IMG/VR virus record: IMGVR_UViG_3300028780_000007
Span: 1 to 56,682 of that record
DNA: 56,682 nucleotides
From: a virus
Lineage: Duplodnaviria > Caudoviricetes
Direction: 5' to 3' (one strand)
Shown here piece by piece: positions 1 through 7,757 of this stretch. How positions within the stretch are numbered: position 1 is the first letter of the stretch; every line of letters starts with the position of its first letter. The translations under genes and the position numbers were made by a program. The notes beneath the pieces were generated by a model. That model had not been told where the DNA came from. It made no database searches and saw only the letters and a program-made list of their open reading frames with translations.

Positions 1-93
1 CTTAGCGGCAGCGCAACATCCGTTGCGAAGTGGGGCGCATTGGAAGCTGTCGACGCAATAAATGCCATGCTCCAAAAAACTTAGTACTAGTTC

Positions 94-122
94 TTGAAAA
101 ACAGCGAGCGTTGGAATAGAGT
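94..122 (+). promoter_or_regulatory. sigma70-like promoter with AAAACAGCGAGCG motif in spacer
   Basis: TTGAAA-17 nt-TAGAGT upstream of RBS AAGGAAGG and ORF 149. Confidence 0.55.
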
Positions 123-148
123 TCCATCTGAAAGGAAGGTGTCCATAT

Positions 149-1039
149 ATGGACGAATCGAAAGCACCGCTTCTTTACACCAGTTGGGCCTCTTTTGAAG
201 TAACCGAGTTCACATATTCCCAGGCAAACGACATGGCCAAATGCGGGATGTATTCCAAGCTCTCTCGCATTGAAGGTTGGACCGACATCCACGAGCGCGC
301 GACCATGCAGTTTGGCAACTGCATTGAGGCTGGCGTCCGCAACTACTACATGAATGGCATCGATCCGATCCAATCGTTCGCGGACGAATGGGCGCGCCGC
401 AAGAAGTGGAACCTCGAGTACAACAAGAAGTCCGGAGATTGGTCCGAGATGGACGGCCTCGGCCGGAACTTGATGACTCAATTGCTCGCCAGCGACGGAA
501 AGATCACCGGGGACGACATGCAGGAGCATTCTCTTCAGGGCTTCACGTTCAATGAGAAGCTGACGAAGCCTGATTGGTACAAGGGAACGCCGCTTGTGTA
601 CATCGCGGACGCGTACAAGCCGGGCGAGATCGTTATTGATATCAAATGTTTAGGCGCGAAACTTTCCGACGAAGATAAATTTAAGGGTTTCGTTGCCCTC
701 GACCCACAACTTCGTACTGGTGCGCTAGTGAGCGGGGCTCGCCGGGTAGGATTCATGAATTTCATCCGCACAAAAACGAATCCACGGATTCAATGGAAAG
801 AGGTAGCGGTCACCGAAGACTTGATCGTCGACATCGATCTTTGGTTAAAAGATCAATACGACAAATTGATGGGAAGAAAATTCCACCGCAACGCTGGGAT
901 TCGCTTTCCTTCTTCTCAGTGCACTTTTTGTTCCATGCTGCCGATCTGCACGAACAACGAGACGCTGGCAAAAGAAACGTTGCGCAGAAAAGAGGCGCGT
1001 GACACGGAAACTGAATTTTTGAGTCTTGATGATGATTGA
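149..1039 (+). CDS. PD-(D/E)XK nuclease (RecB/AddB/Cas4-like)
   Basis: 296 aa; E...YIAD...VIDIK catalytic motif, QL motif, N-terminal Cys plus C-terminal CxxCxxxxxC. Confidence 0.75.
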   Translation: MDESKAPLLYTSWASFEVTEFTYSQANDMAKCGMYSKLSRIEGWTDIHERATMQFGNCIEAGVRNYYMNGIDPIQSFADEWARRKKWNLEYNKKSGDWSEMDGLGRNLMTQLLASDGKITGDDMQEHSLQGFTFNEKLTKPDWYKGTPLVYIADAYKPGEIVIDIKCLGAKLSDEDKFKGFVALDPQLRTGALVSGARRVGFMNFIRTKTNPRIQWKEVAVTEDLIVDIDLWLKDQYDKLMGRKFHRNAGIRFPSSQCTFCSMLPICTNNETLAKETLRRKEARDTETEFLSLDDD

Positions 1040-1045
1040 TTTTGT

Positions 1046-1135
1046 GGTGAGTCATGCCAAGGCTGGGCCTGGTGGGTTCAGGTAAGGCGAGATTTGGCGA
1101 GCAGCGGTCAGGTAAGTTATGGCGTGGTAAGGTCA
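1046..1135 (+). repeat. phased GGY-NN pentamer tract 1 (18 units), candidate guide RNA
   Basis: Perfect 5-nt phase; all 18 units start with G and 12 are exactly GGC/GGT; last two bases vary. Confidence 0.85.
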
Positions 1136-1154
1136 AAAATCTAAAGGAGAATAA

Positions 1155-1772
1155 ATGGCAACAGCACCAGTAACAGAAATAAACAACGTTTCAAATGATG
1201 CGGAGTTTACGATCGACATGAGCGTGCCGTACACGGCGTTCATAAAGGTCAAGGGAGTTTCTCCGTTTATTTTCCATAGGTGGTCCGTTGAAGATGTTGC
1301 GGCAAAGGGAGCGGCAGCGAAGGGCTCGAAGGCCAAGAAGGAAGACAATCTCGAGTCGTACGTGTATCGCGATGCAAAAGGGATCCTTTCAATTCCGGGG
1401 GAATATTTCCGCATGTCGATTATTCATGCGGCACGGTACAAACAAGATCCTCGGTCGCCGCGAAAAAGTGCGATGGATCTTTTCAAGGCCGGCATTGCTG
1501 TTCTCGAAGAATACTGTCCGCTTGGTTTTAAGGAATGGGATTACGTTGATCGGCGTCGTGTGGTGGTACAAAGGAATGGGATCACGCGCGCTCGGCCAAC
1601 GATGCGAGAGGGATGGGAGTGCAAGGTTCAACTTGAGGTTTTAACGCCGGAATATATTAGTCAAGCGCTTTTGAACGAAACCGTCGCGATGGCTGGCCGA
1701 CTGATCGGCGTTGGAGATTTCCGTCCGAGTTTTGGAAGGTTTCAGGTTGTCGATTTCAAGACAACTAGATAA
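1155..1772 (+). CDS. stand-alone RAMP/Cas7-like protein (Vipr-like)
   Basis: 205 aa; RBS AAGGAG; N-terminal IKVKGVSPFIFH strand, LSIPGEYFR segment, RARP, C-terminal Gly-rich loop AGRLIGVGDFRPSFGRF typical of RAMPs. Confidence 0.75.
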   Translation: MATAPVTEINNVSNDAEFTIDMSVPYTAFIKVKGVSPFIFHRWSVEDVAAKGAAAKGSKAKKEDNLESYVYRDAKGILSIPGEYFRMSIIHAARYKQDPRSPRKSAMDLFKAGIAVLEEYCPLGFKEWDYVDRRRVVVQRNGITRARPTMREGWECKVQLEVLTPEYISQALLNETVAMAGRLIGVGDFRPSFGRFQVVDFKTTR

Positions 1773-1779
1773 GTTTTCT

Positions 1780-1974
1780 GGCGGGGCGTGGTAGGTCGTT
1801 GTGGGGCACGGTGTGTTGAGGTTAGCTTTGGCATGGTGCGGTTCGGTGAGGCCCGGTTAGGCCCGGTGTGGTTCTTTTGGGACTGGTCGAGTGAGCTTTG
1901 GAATGGTGAGTCCGGGCAAGGTACGGCATGGTCCGTTCGGGCGGGGCGTGCTTAGGAGCGGTATGGCGAGGTTA
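1780..1974 (+). repeat. phased GGY-NN pentamer tract 2 (39 units; two 19-unit halves split by TTTTG at 1875-1879)
   Basis: Unbroken 5-nt phase; 26 of 39 units are exactly GGY and most others differ by one base. Confidence 0.9.
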
Positions 1975-2040
1975 AATAAACGCAGAAAAGAGGGGAAAGA
2001 TACGGCCGACGAATTCGCAAGTTTGGACGAAGATTAGCCG

Positions 2041-2127
2041 ATGAGCGCCCTCGGAGCCGCTGCGGTCGTGCTGTTCGTGCTGGCGGTTGGCGGAGCGATT
2101 TACGCGATTGGACGGAGGGGCCGATGA
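2041..2127 (+). CDS. small membrane peptide
   Basis: 28 aa MSALGAAAVVLFVLAVGGAIYAIGRRGR; ATGA overlap with next gene. Confidence 0.45.
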   Translation: MSALGAAAVVLFVLAVGGAIYAIGRRGR

Positions 2128-2366
2128 CACTGACCGACACCCTAATCGGCGCGCTTGCTGCAACTATATTTGTAGCTTATTTCGTGGCGACGGGGGCTGT
2201 TCTGGAAAGATGGATAGAAGGCGCGTGGCCACATGGAACTGGCAATCATAACTATCTGAATACATCTGGAGCGTCGCTAGCACTCCACGTGTGTTTTGTG
2301 GCCTTTGTGATGGTGATCAATCTACTGGGACACTTCCTATACGAATTACTCCGGAGGGGCCGATGA
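2124..2366 (+). CDS. hypothetical membrane protein
   Basis: 80 aa, two hydrophobic segments, GGAGG RBS. Confidence 0.6.
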   Translation: MTLTDTLIGALAATIFVAYFVATGAVLERWIEGAWPHGTGNHNYLNTSGASLALHVCFVAFVMVINLLGHFLYELLRRGR

Positions 2367-2554
2367 GCCGGAAGCCGAAGTTTCGTCGAGGGCAAGTCGT
2401 TGCGACGAAAGATAGCTTGGAGTTTTTTGAGCTCGCGTCATGGTGGTATGGCCACGACGGTGAAATCCGCTGGGATATTACGCAGGACAGTGGAATCCAT
2501 ATCAAGGAAAGCGCGCTGCGCCCGCTGACGCGCCGCGAGAAGGGAGAAACCTAG
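2363..2554 (+). CDS. hypothetical protein
   Basis: Start re-called at coupled ATGA with GGAGG RBS; MSRKPKFRRGQVV. Confidence 0.6.
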   Translation: MSRKPKFRRGQVVATKDSLEFFELASWWYGHDGEIRWDITQDSGIHIKESALRPLTRREKGET

Positions 2555-2557
2555 CCG

Positions 2558-2950
2558 ATGACGCTGGAGCAGACCATTCAGGCAACGCTGGCCGCACACT
2601 ATCGCGTGATGAACGTGGTCGGAGACTTTTCTTCGTACCGCTGTGCGTGCGGCGCGGAGCCGTGGCTCAACTCGCATCTCGCCTCAGAACTCTCGAAGGC
2701 GGTCGAGGGGCAGCGGGAGTACACGCAGGATGACATGGACGAGGGGCGCACCGAGGCTCACGCAGCCGGATATAAATTAGCGGAGTCTACGCGGTGCGAG
2801 CGCGAAGCGGCAGCCGTTGCCTCACTGATTGTGGCGCTGCGGCGAATTCAGGACATGATACCTAACACGAAGATGACTGACGACGTTCATGCGGTGATTC
2901 GGCTTGCGCTAGCTGCGGAGTCCGAGCGGCTGCGGGGCGAGGCGAAATGA
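2558..2950 (+). CDS. hypothetical protein
   Basis: 130 aa, operonic, GGAG RBS. Confidence 0.6.
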   Translation: MTLEQTIQATLAAHYRVMNVVGDFSSYRCACGAEPWLNSHLASELSKAVEGQREYTQDDMDEGRTEAHAAGYKLAESTRCEREAAAVASLIVALRRIQDMIPNTKMTDDVHAVIRLALAAESERLRGEAK

Positions 2951-3237
2951 GCGAGACTAAGTCGCGTAATGTTTTGACCAAACGGCAGCGCGAGATTCTG
3001 ACGATCATGCGCGACAAAGACGAGGAGTTAATCTATGAGCACGGTCGCGGTTTCATTGGATGGTCATCCGTTGCCCCTCGAACTGTTTTTGCGCTGCTAC
3101 GGATGTGTGCGATTCATTCCGATTCAATGGACGACGTGTATTACCGTATCACGGGTACCGGCGTGAAGTTGCTGAACAACGACACGTCCGATCTGAAGCT
3201 GCTGGCCGAAGAGACATTGAAAGCGGTGCAGCCATGA
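2947..3237 (+). CDS. hypothetical protein, possible winged helix
   Basis: 96 aa; LTKRQREIL...YYRITGTG. Confidence 0.55.
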   Translation: MSETKSRNVLTKRQREILTIMRDKDEELIYEHGRGFIGWSSVAPRTVFALLRMCAIHSDSMDDVYYRITGTGVKLLNNDTSDLKLLAEETLKAVQP

Positions 3238-3434
3238 CCGAGCCAACACACGCAGAATTAGTCGCTGCTCTGCGTTGGGCGTTGCGTGAAGGGCAAAAAG
3301 GATTCCACACCGTATCGCAAGGCGACGCGATTTGGTATCACTGCCGGTTCTGTCATGCTGTCGCTCGCGACCCGAAGAAACTGAACCATGAAGATAGTTG
3401 CGAATACTATCACGTAAAAAGGATGGCGGTATGA
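3234..3434 (+). CDS. small Cys/His protein
   Basis: Coupled start MTEPT; CxxC...H...C. Confidence 0.55.
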   Translation: MTEPTHAELVAALRWALREGQKGFHTVSQGDAIWYHCRFCHAVARDPKKLNHEDSCEYYHVKRMAV

Positions 3435-3637
3435 CCGAGCCAACTGTGACGCAGCGCGAGCTGAAGCCGTGTCCATTTTGTGGGGGCGAAGCCTACAAGA
3501 CCGAGAGTGTTAACGGCGATAACATGGTCTACGTAGGCTGTGGGCCGTGTGGCATTCACTTCAAGGCCCAGAAGGACTGCACAAATGGCAAGCTAACGCG
3601 TGACGTGATTGCCGCGTGGAATCGGAGAAACTCGTGA
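3431..3637 (+). CDS. Lar-family restriction alleviation protein
   Basis: ELKPCPFCGGEA...CxxC...AAWNRR signature. Confidence 0.75.
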   Translation: MTEPTVTQRELKPCPFCGGEAYKTESVNGDNMVYVGCGPCGIHFKAQKDCTNGKLTRDVIAAWNRRNS

Positions 3638-4107
3638 CCGAATACGAAGACGCTATCAGGCTGGCGAATCACATCCTTGATAGACCAAGCGGTGACCCAG
3701 ATGACGATTTGGCGGTTTTGTCGCGACAATTTCTACGCGCATTGGAGCGTGTCGAGCGTATCCGTGCCGAGGCCGAGGCAGCGATCCTGTTGGCGGCGGC
3801 TGACCGATGTGAAGCTTGGGCTATCAAGAATTACATGGATGATTTTGGTAGTTTCGTAGCGCGCAATGTGGCCGTCAACCTACGCGATGAAATCAAGGCC
3901 CTGCAATCCCCCGACGCCGCTGCCGCACTCACGCGACGGGACGCGGAGACACGGCTGGACGAAGGGCTAACTTGGTTCGAGCACGTTATCAGCTATCTGA
4001 AGCCAGCGGCGAACTCTTGGGACGACTGCGACCACACAACGTGGGCCAAGAACCGCATGGATACACTCACCCGCCAACTGGAGGCGCTCGATGCAAAGAA
4101 TGTGTGA
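3634..4107 (+). CDS. hypothetical protein
   Basis: GTGA-coupled start; LDRPSGDPDDDLAVLSRQFLR. Confidence 0.6.
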   Translation: MTEYEDAIRLANHILDRPSGDPDDDLAVLSRQFLRALERVERIRAEAEAAILLAAADRCEAWAIKNYMDDFGSFVARNVAVNLRDEIKALQSPDAAAALTRRDAETRLDEGLTWFEHVISYLKPAANSWDDCDHTTWAKNRMDTLTRQLEALDAKNV

Positions 4108-4351
4108 GAAGTGCCGGGTCGATTACGATGACGCCGACTGTTCGACGATCTGTCCTCACAGTCAGATTATGTCGGATGAAAACTTGAAGCAGAAGAAGGC
4201 CGCGATCGAGCTATTTGGCCACGACGTGTGCTTTGCGCACGAGCCGAATGGCAAGCGGTATCACATCCAGGCAATGGGCTGGAACGGGATGCTCACGCTT
4301 GTTGGGATGTCCGGGGAATTCGCTCCGCATCTGTTTGTTAAAGCAAAATGA
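4091..4351 (+). CDS. small Cys-rich hypothetical protein
   Basis: 86 aa, CEKC...CPH, GGAGG RBS. Confidence 0.55.
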   Translation: MQRMCEKCRVDYDDADCSTICPHSQIMSDENLKQKKAAIELFGHDVCFAHEPNGKRYHIQAMGWNGMLTLVGMSGEFAPHLFVKAK

Positions 4352-4455
4352 CGGCCGAAGAAATCACGTTTGTTTGGGTAATTGGAATAACTTGTGGTTT
4401 CGTCGGCCTTATAATTGGCGGCGTGATCGGCTACCACATAAAGAAGTGGGGATGA
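4348..4455 (+). CDS. small single-TM peptide
   Basis: 35 aa, ATGA overlaps at both ends. Confidence 0.5.
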   Translation: MTAEEITFVWVIGITCGFVGLIIGGVIGYHIKKWG

Positions 4456-5336
4456 AGATGAAGAACAGCGAACGATTACTGCGGTACGTGAACAAACGTC
4501 CAGATATGGACGTTTTGCCGCCGCGGCCTGGCGACAAGGTGGACGTCGTAGAGTTCTACGTGCGTCAGCTAAAGCTGCACAAGCCATTGGACATTCCGGA
4601 TCTTGTGTTGTCGAGGATGATATTGCATTCTTCGGGGTTGTGGGTATCCGAACGCAAGTCACTTGAGCTTACCGATCTTGCCCAGTTTCCAGTACCGCAG
4701 ATGCCACAATCCGGTTTTTTGTTTAGTATTGGTTCGGCCACTCCGTCTATGGTGTGGACGGGTGTTGACGAAGCAGAAAAGAATCCCATCCCTCCGGACT
4801 CTGCGTCATTTGAAATGAATCTGACCGAGGCGCTGGTTGGATGGCGAGTTTGGCATGTCGGTCGCGATGGATTTTTGCGATCGATTTATGCGCACAACGG
4901 TAAATTTAAGGCGAAATGGATGCCCGACGTACCGATGGAGTCAGCGTGCAAACACAACCATGAAGTCCCTGCCGAGTTCTGTCAGTGTGGCGTGTACGCC
5001 AGCGATTCTCGAGAGGAGGCCGAAGATCGGATAGTGGATCATGGGATTATTTTAATCGTTGGCGAGGTCTACGGTTGGGGTCGTTACGTCCGCGGCGACA
5101 GTGGATGGCGTGCGCAGTACGCGTATCCGAAAGCGTTTCACGTTGGTCGCGAAAGTTTTTCACCAGATGTCTTTGATAATTTGCGGCAATACCATGTCCC
5201 CGTTTACGTTGATCAGCCCACGTTGTTTTATAACCCGGAGGATGACGGATATGAAAATCGGCAAGAAGACACGTACGGGAATAGCGGAACCGATCCGGAG
5301 CCCGATGCCGGTGAAAGCGCCGGCGAAGACGCCTGA
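4452..5336 (+). CDS. hypothetical phage protein with Cys/His cluster
   Basis: Start re-called at coupled ATG; GWRVW...CKHNH...CQCGVYA...GWRAQYAYP. Confidence 0.65.
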   Translation: MKMKNSERLLRYVNKRPDMDVLPPRPGDKVDVVEFYVRQLKLHKPLDIPDLVLSRMILHSSGLWVSERKSLELTDLAQFPVPQMPQSGFLFSIGSATPSMVWTGVDEAEKNPIPPDSASFEMNLTEALVGWRVWHVGRDGFLRSIYAHNGKFKAKWMPDVPMESACKHNHEVPAEFCQCGVYASDSREEAEDRIVDHGIILIVGEVYGWGRYVRGDSGWRAQYAYPKAFHVGRESFSPDVFDNLRQYHVPVYVDQPTLFYNPEDDGYENRQEDTYGNSGTDPEPDAGESAGEDA

Positions 5337-5379
5337 AAAGGTTCCGACCGAGGCCGTGAAAGTCTTGAAGATAGTTTGA
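5251..5379 (+). CDS. small Pro-rich peptide overlapping the end of the previous gene
   Basis: GGAGG RBS; MKIGKKTRTGIAEPIRSPMP. Confidence 0.4.
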   Translation: MKIGKKTRTGIAEPIRSPMPVKAPAKTPEKVPTEAVKVLKIV

Positions 5380-5389
5380 AAAGGAGACG

Positions 5390-5719
5390 GTGATGAAAGT
5401 AGCGCTTGTTATTGTCGTGGCGGTTATATTTCTTTACGGAATCGGTTTCTTGATGACCGGAGGAGATCTGGTCATTTACCGATTCTGGGCGCCTAAACAG
5501 GAGAACGCGAAGCGCGTAGTGTTCGAGAACACGCAGAGCTACGTGCAGGGTAAACAAGAATACCTCTCACGTCTTTGCCAACAGTATAGGGACACCGCTT
5601 CAGCCGACCAGAAGGCTTCTCTGCGGACGATGATCTTGGATGAAGCTTCAACCGTAGACAACTCGAAATTATCTGGCAGCGTGCCGGCGTGCATTAACGC
5701 ATTGGGTGGTGGTCAATGA
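5390..5719 (+). CDS. membrane-anchored hypothetical protein
   Basis: N-terminal TM, RVVFENTQSYVQG, AAGGAG RBS. Confidence 0.7.
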   Translation: MMKVALVIVVAVIFLYGIGFLMTGGDLVIYRFWAPKQENAKRVVFENTQSYVQGKQEYLSRLCQQYRDTASADQKASLRTMILDEASTVDNSKLSGSVPACINALGGGQ

Positions 5720-6240
5720 AGTTAGGGATGATTGCGCTGCTTTTTGCGATGTGGTTGGGACAGCAAGGAAGCAGTTGCGACGATGCAACCCCGCCTTCAG
5801 ATAAAGCGCAAAGGGATCAGCAAGAGCAATTGAGCAACGAAAGTAACCGGCAGGTGGGAATGCCGGGGATCACCAACTTCACCGAGAAGAAAATTGTTCG
5901 CAAGCTTTACGAATTGCGGGACCAGAACATCGCTACGCACACTTATGTCATGGATCTGAATGGCAGATTATTTCATGTCTGCGAATCGATCGGGTATGGG
6001 CTGCCTTATGGTGTGCAGTTTTCAAACCCGGATAAAGTAATCCAGAGTTACAGTTCGTCCTTTGGCGCTATCCCGCAGTCGGAGCCCAACGGTTTGTTCA
6101 TGCCGCCGACCGCTGAAGGTACCTGGGTAATTTGTGCGAGTCACGAAAAGGCCGGCGACATAGCTCCGGTTTATGTTGAGCCGCGAGTTATTGTCAGTCC
6201 GTTTAAGTTGAAAGCAGTAGGTGAGTGGCAGGAACAATGA
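5716..6240 (+). CDS. putative secreted protein or lipoprotein
   Basis: Signal-like N-terminus with Cys; SIGYGLPYGVQFSNP, EPNGLF, GTWVIC motifs. Confidence 0.7.
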   Translation: MKLGMIALLFAMWLGQQGSSCDDATPPSDKAQRDQQEQLSNESNRQVGMPGITNFTEKKIVRKLYELRDQNIATHTYVMDLNGRLFHVCESIGYGLPYGVQFSNPDKVIQSYSSSFGAIPQSEPNGLFMPPTAEGTWVICASHEKAGDIAPVYVEPRVIVSPFKLKAVGEWQEQ

Positions 6241-6250
6241 TTGGGAAGTC

Positions 6251-6280
6251 TTGACTTTGAGAAGGCGCTCGCTGTAGTCT
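6251..6280 (+). promoter_or_regulatory. sigma70-like promoter
   Basis: TTGACT-18 nt-TAGTCT, with partial CGCTCGCTG motif. Confidence 0.4.
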
Positions 6281-6357
6281 GTCGGTGTTTGCGGACGTTC
6301 TTTCCGGGGGGCGGTGGCCACATCCATCGCCCTTCAATCCTCATGTGGGAGGATGCG

Positions 6358-6783
6358 GTGAATCAATTTACAACTAAGGTTTTACTTTGGTACAGCATGA
6401 TGTACGGGTGTTTCAAGACACTACCGAATAAGGAAAAGAAAGCTCTCGAAAGATGGGAAACCTTCAACGGTTGTACATCTGATTGGCCCGGCTGGGAGAA
6501 ATACATTGGTAAGCGGCCGGCGCCGCCTCCTTGCGTAAAAATAAAAACAGCGTTCGTTTCATCGCACCTGAAGCTTTTAATTTTCAAACGCGACGGCTAT
6601 AAGTGCGTGTGGTGTTCCTCGGCAGTTGATCTGGTACCCGATCATATCGTTCCGAGCTCCCGTGGCGGCCCAACCACGATCGACAACCTTCGGACTCTTT
6701 GCGCAAAATGCAACAATTCCAAAGGCAGAAGGCTCGATAGTGAGATGAAAAAAGGGGGCGCGCGTGAGCTCGAAGGACGTTAA
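6358..6783 (+). CDS. HNH endonuclease
   Basis: RDGYKCVWC...DHIVPSSRGG...NLRTLCAKCN; GTG start after GGAGG. Confidence 0.85.
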   Translation: MNQFTTKVLLWYSMMYGCFKTLPNKEKKALERWETFNGCTSDWPGWEKYIGKRPAPPPCVKIKTAFVSSHLKLLIFKRDGYKCVWCSSAVDLVPDHIVPSSRGGPTTIDNLRTLCAKCNNSKGRRLDSEMKKGGARELEGR

Positions 6784-7747
6784 AAAGAACCTTTTGCCGT
6801 GGCTAGATCGCCCTGTTTCCTTCCATCGAATCCTCGCTAAAGCGTGCGGCGACGTCGCATCTGGACTCTTTCTCTCGCAGTGTATTTACTGGCAGTACGT
6901 GGTGCTCCCGGCGATGCCGGACGAGAAGAAAAACAAGCACCAACTCGAAGGCTGGTTCTATAAGACCCGCGAGGAATGGCGTGAGGAGACGTGTCTTAGC
7001 CGTCGAGAGCAGGAGGGCGCCCGCAAGAATCTGAGAAGCTTGGGGTTCTTGGAAGAAATGCTCGCCGACGTCCCTGCTAAACTCTATTTTCGGGTTAATC
7101 TTGAGGCTCTAAACATAGCTTTTGATCCCACCAACTTGCAGGGCGGAAACGTACCAACAAGGGAGCTCGATACGGACCAGCAAGAAGGTACTGAACGTAC
7201 CAGCAAGGAGGCTCAAAACGAGCCACCATTTAGTTCTTCAGAGAGTACCTCAGAGAGTGCGCCAGAGATTTCTCGCAGCGCCCCCCGAAGAAATAGAAAC
7301 TCACCCCCCCAAGGGGGTAAGTTTCTTACACCTTCTCAAGAAACCAGCAGCGAGGAAGACCTCAACAGCTTAGACGAGCCCCAGGCGGCGCCGGCGAACC
7401 CGGAGGAGTACGAGGGGGTGGACTTGCGGTTCTCGCAGGACATCGTGGCCTGGATGCGGGACGCGGCCGGGGTGTGCGGGAAGCACTGGAAGCACGGAGG
7501 GAAGCGCGGCAATAAGGGGCCGCATAAGGCCATGGAGTCGCCGATCAGGGAGAAAGAGCGGTTTGTGGGGCGGCGCAACTTTCGGTCGTGGTGGGTGGAT
7601 TTCTTGCGGTCGCCGCAAAGCGATGAGCCGATGTACCCGTACGGGGCATTCTTGGAGGGGCCGTACCAGGTTCGATTGAACCAGTTGCCGCCAGATCCAG
7701 CAGATGCACCGCCTGAAATTCCGGGAGCGAATGATCCGTTCGTGTGA
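6764..7747 (+). CDS. phage replication initiator (N-terminal winged HTH)
   Basis: LFLSQCIYW...GWFYKTREEWREETCLSRREQEGARK...PAKLYFRVN; low-complexity middle containing iterons. Confidence 0.7.
   Translation: MSSKDVKKNLLPWLDRPVSFHRILAKACGDVASGLFLSQCIYWQYVVLPAMPDEKKNKHQLEGWFYKTREEWREETCLSRREQEGARKNLRSLGFLEEMLADVPAKLYFRVNLEALNIAFDPTNLQGGNVPTRELDTDQQEGTERTSKEAQNEPPFSSSESTSESAPEISRSAPRRNRNSPPQGGKFLTPSQETSSEEDLNSLDEPQAAPANPEEYEGVDLRFSQDIVAWMRDAAGVCGKHWKHGGKRGNKGPHKAMESPIREKERFVGRRNFRSWWVDFLRSPQSDEPMYPYGAFLEGPYQVRLNQLPPDPADAPPEIPGANDPFV
7149..7209 (+). repeat. putative replication origin iterons, 3 copies at 23-bp period
   Basis: ACG(T/G)ACCA(A/G)CAAG at 7149, 7172, 7195. Confidence 0.6.
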
Positions 7748-7757
7748 AAGGGGAAAA

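Noticed and set aside
141-154. CCATATATGG core equals a eukaryotic CArG box
   Set aside because: Context is a bacteriophage, and the CCAGATATGG variants break the CArG consensus.
638-691. Gapped self-match of tract 1 to the DIKCLG codons of the adjacent nuclease
   Set aside because: 11 of the first 12 bases match but only 21 of 36 overall, which chance can produce across the many positions and guide windows considered.
1046-1974. GGY tracts as a CRISPR array, coding repeat or plain G-quadruplex
   Set aside because: No long direct repeats with spacers; period 5 does not fit codon structure; strict phase, pyrimidine third base and tolerated GTY/GCY units are not needed for a quadruplex.
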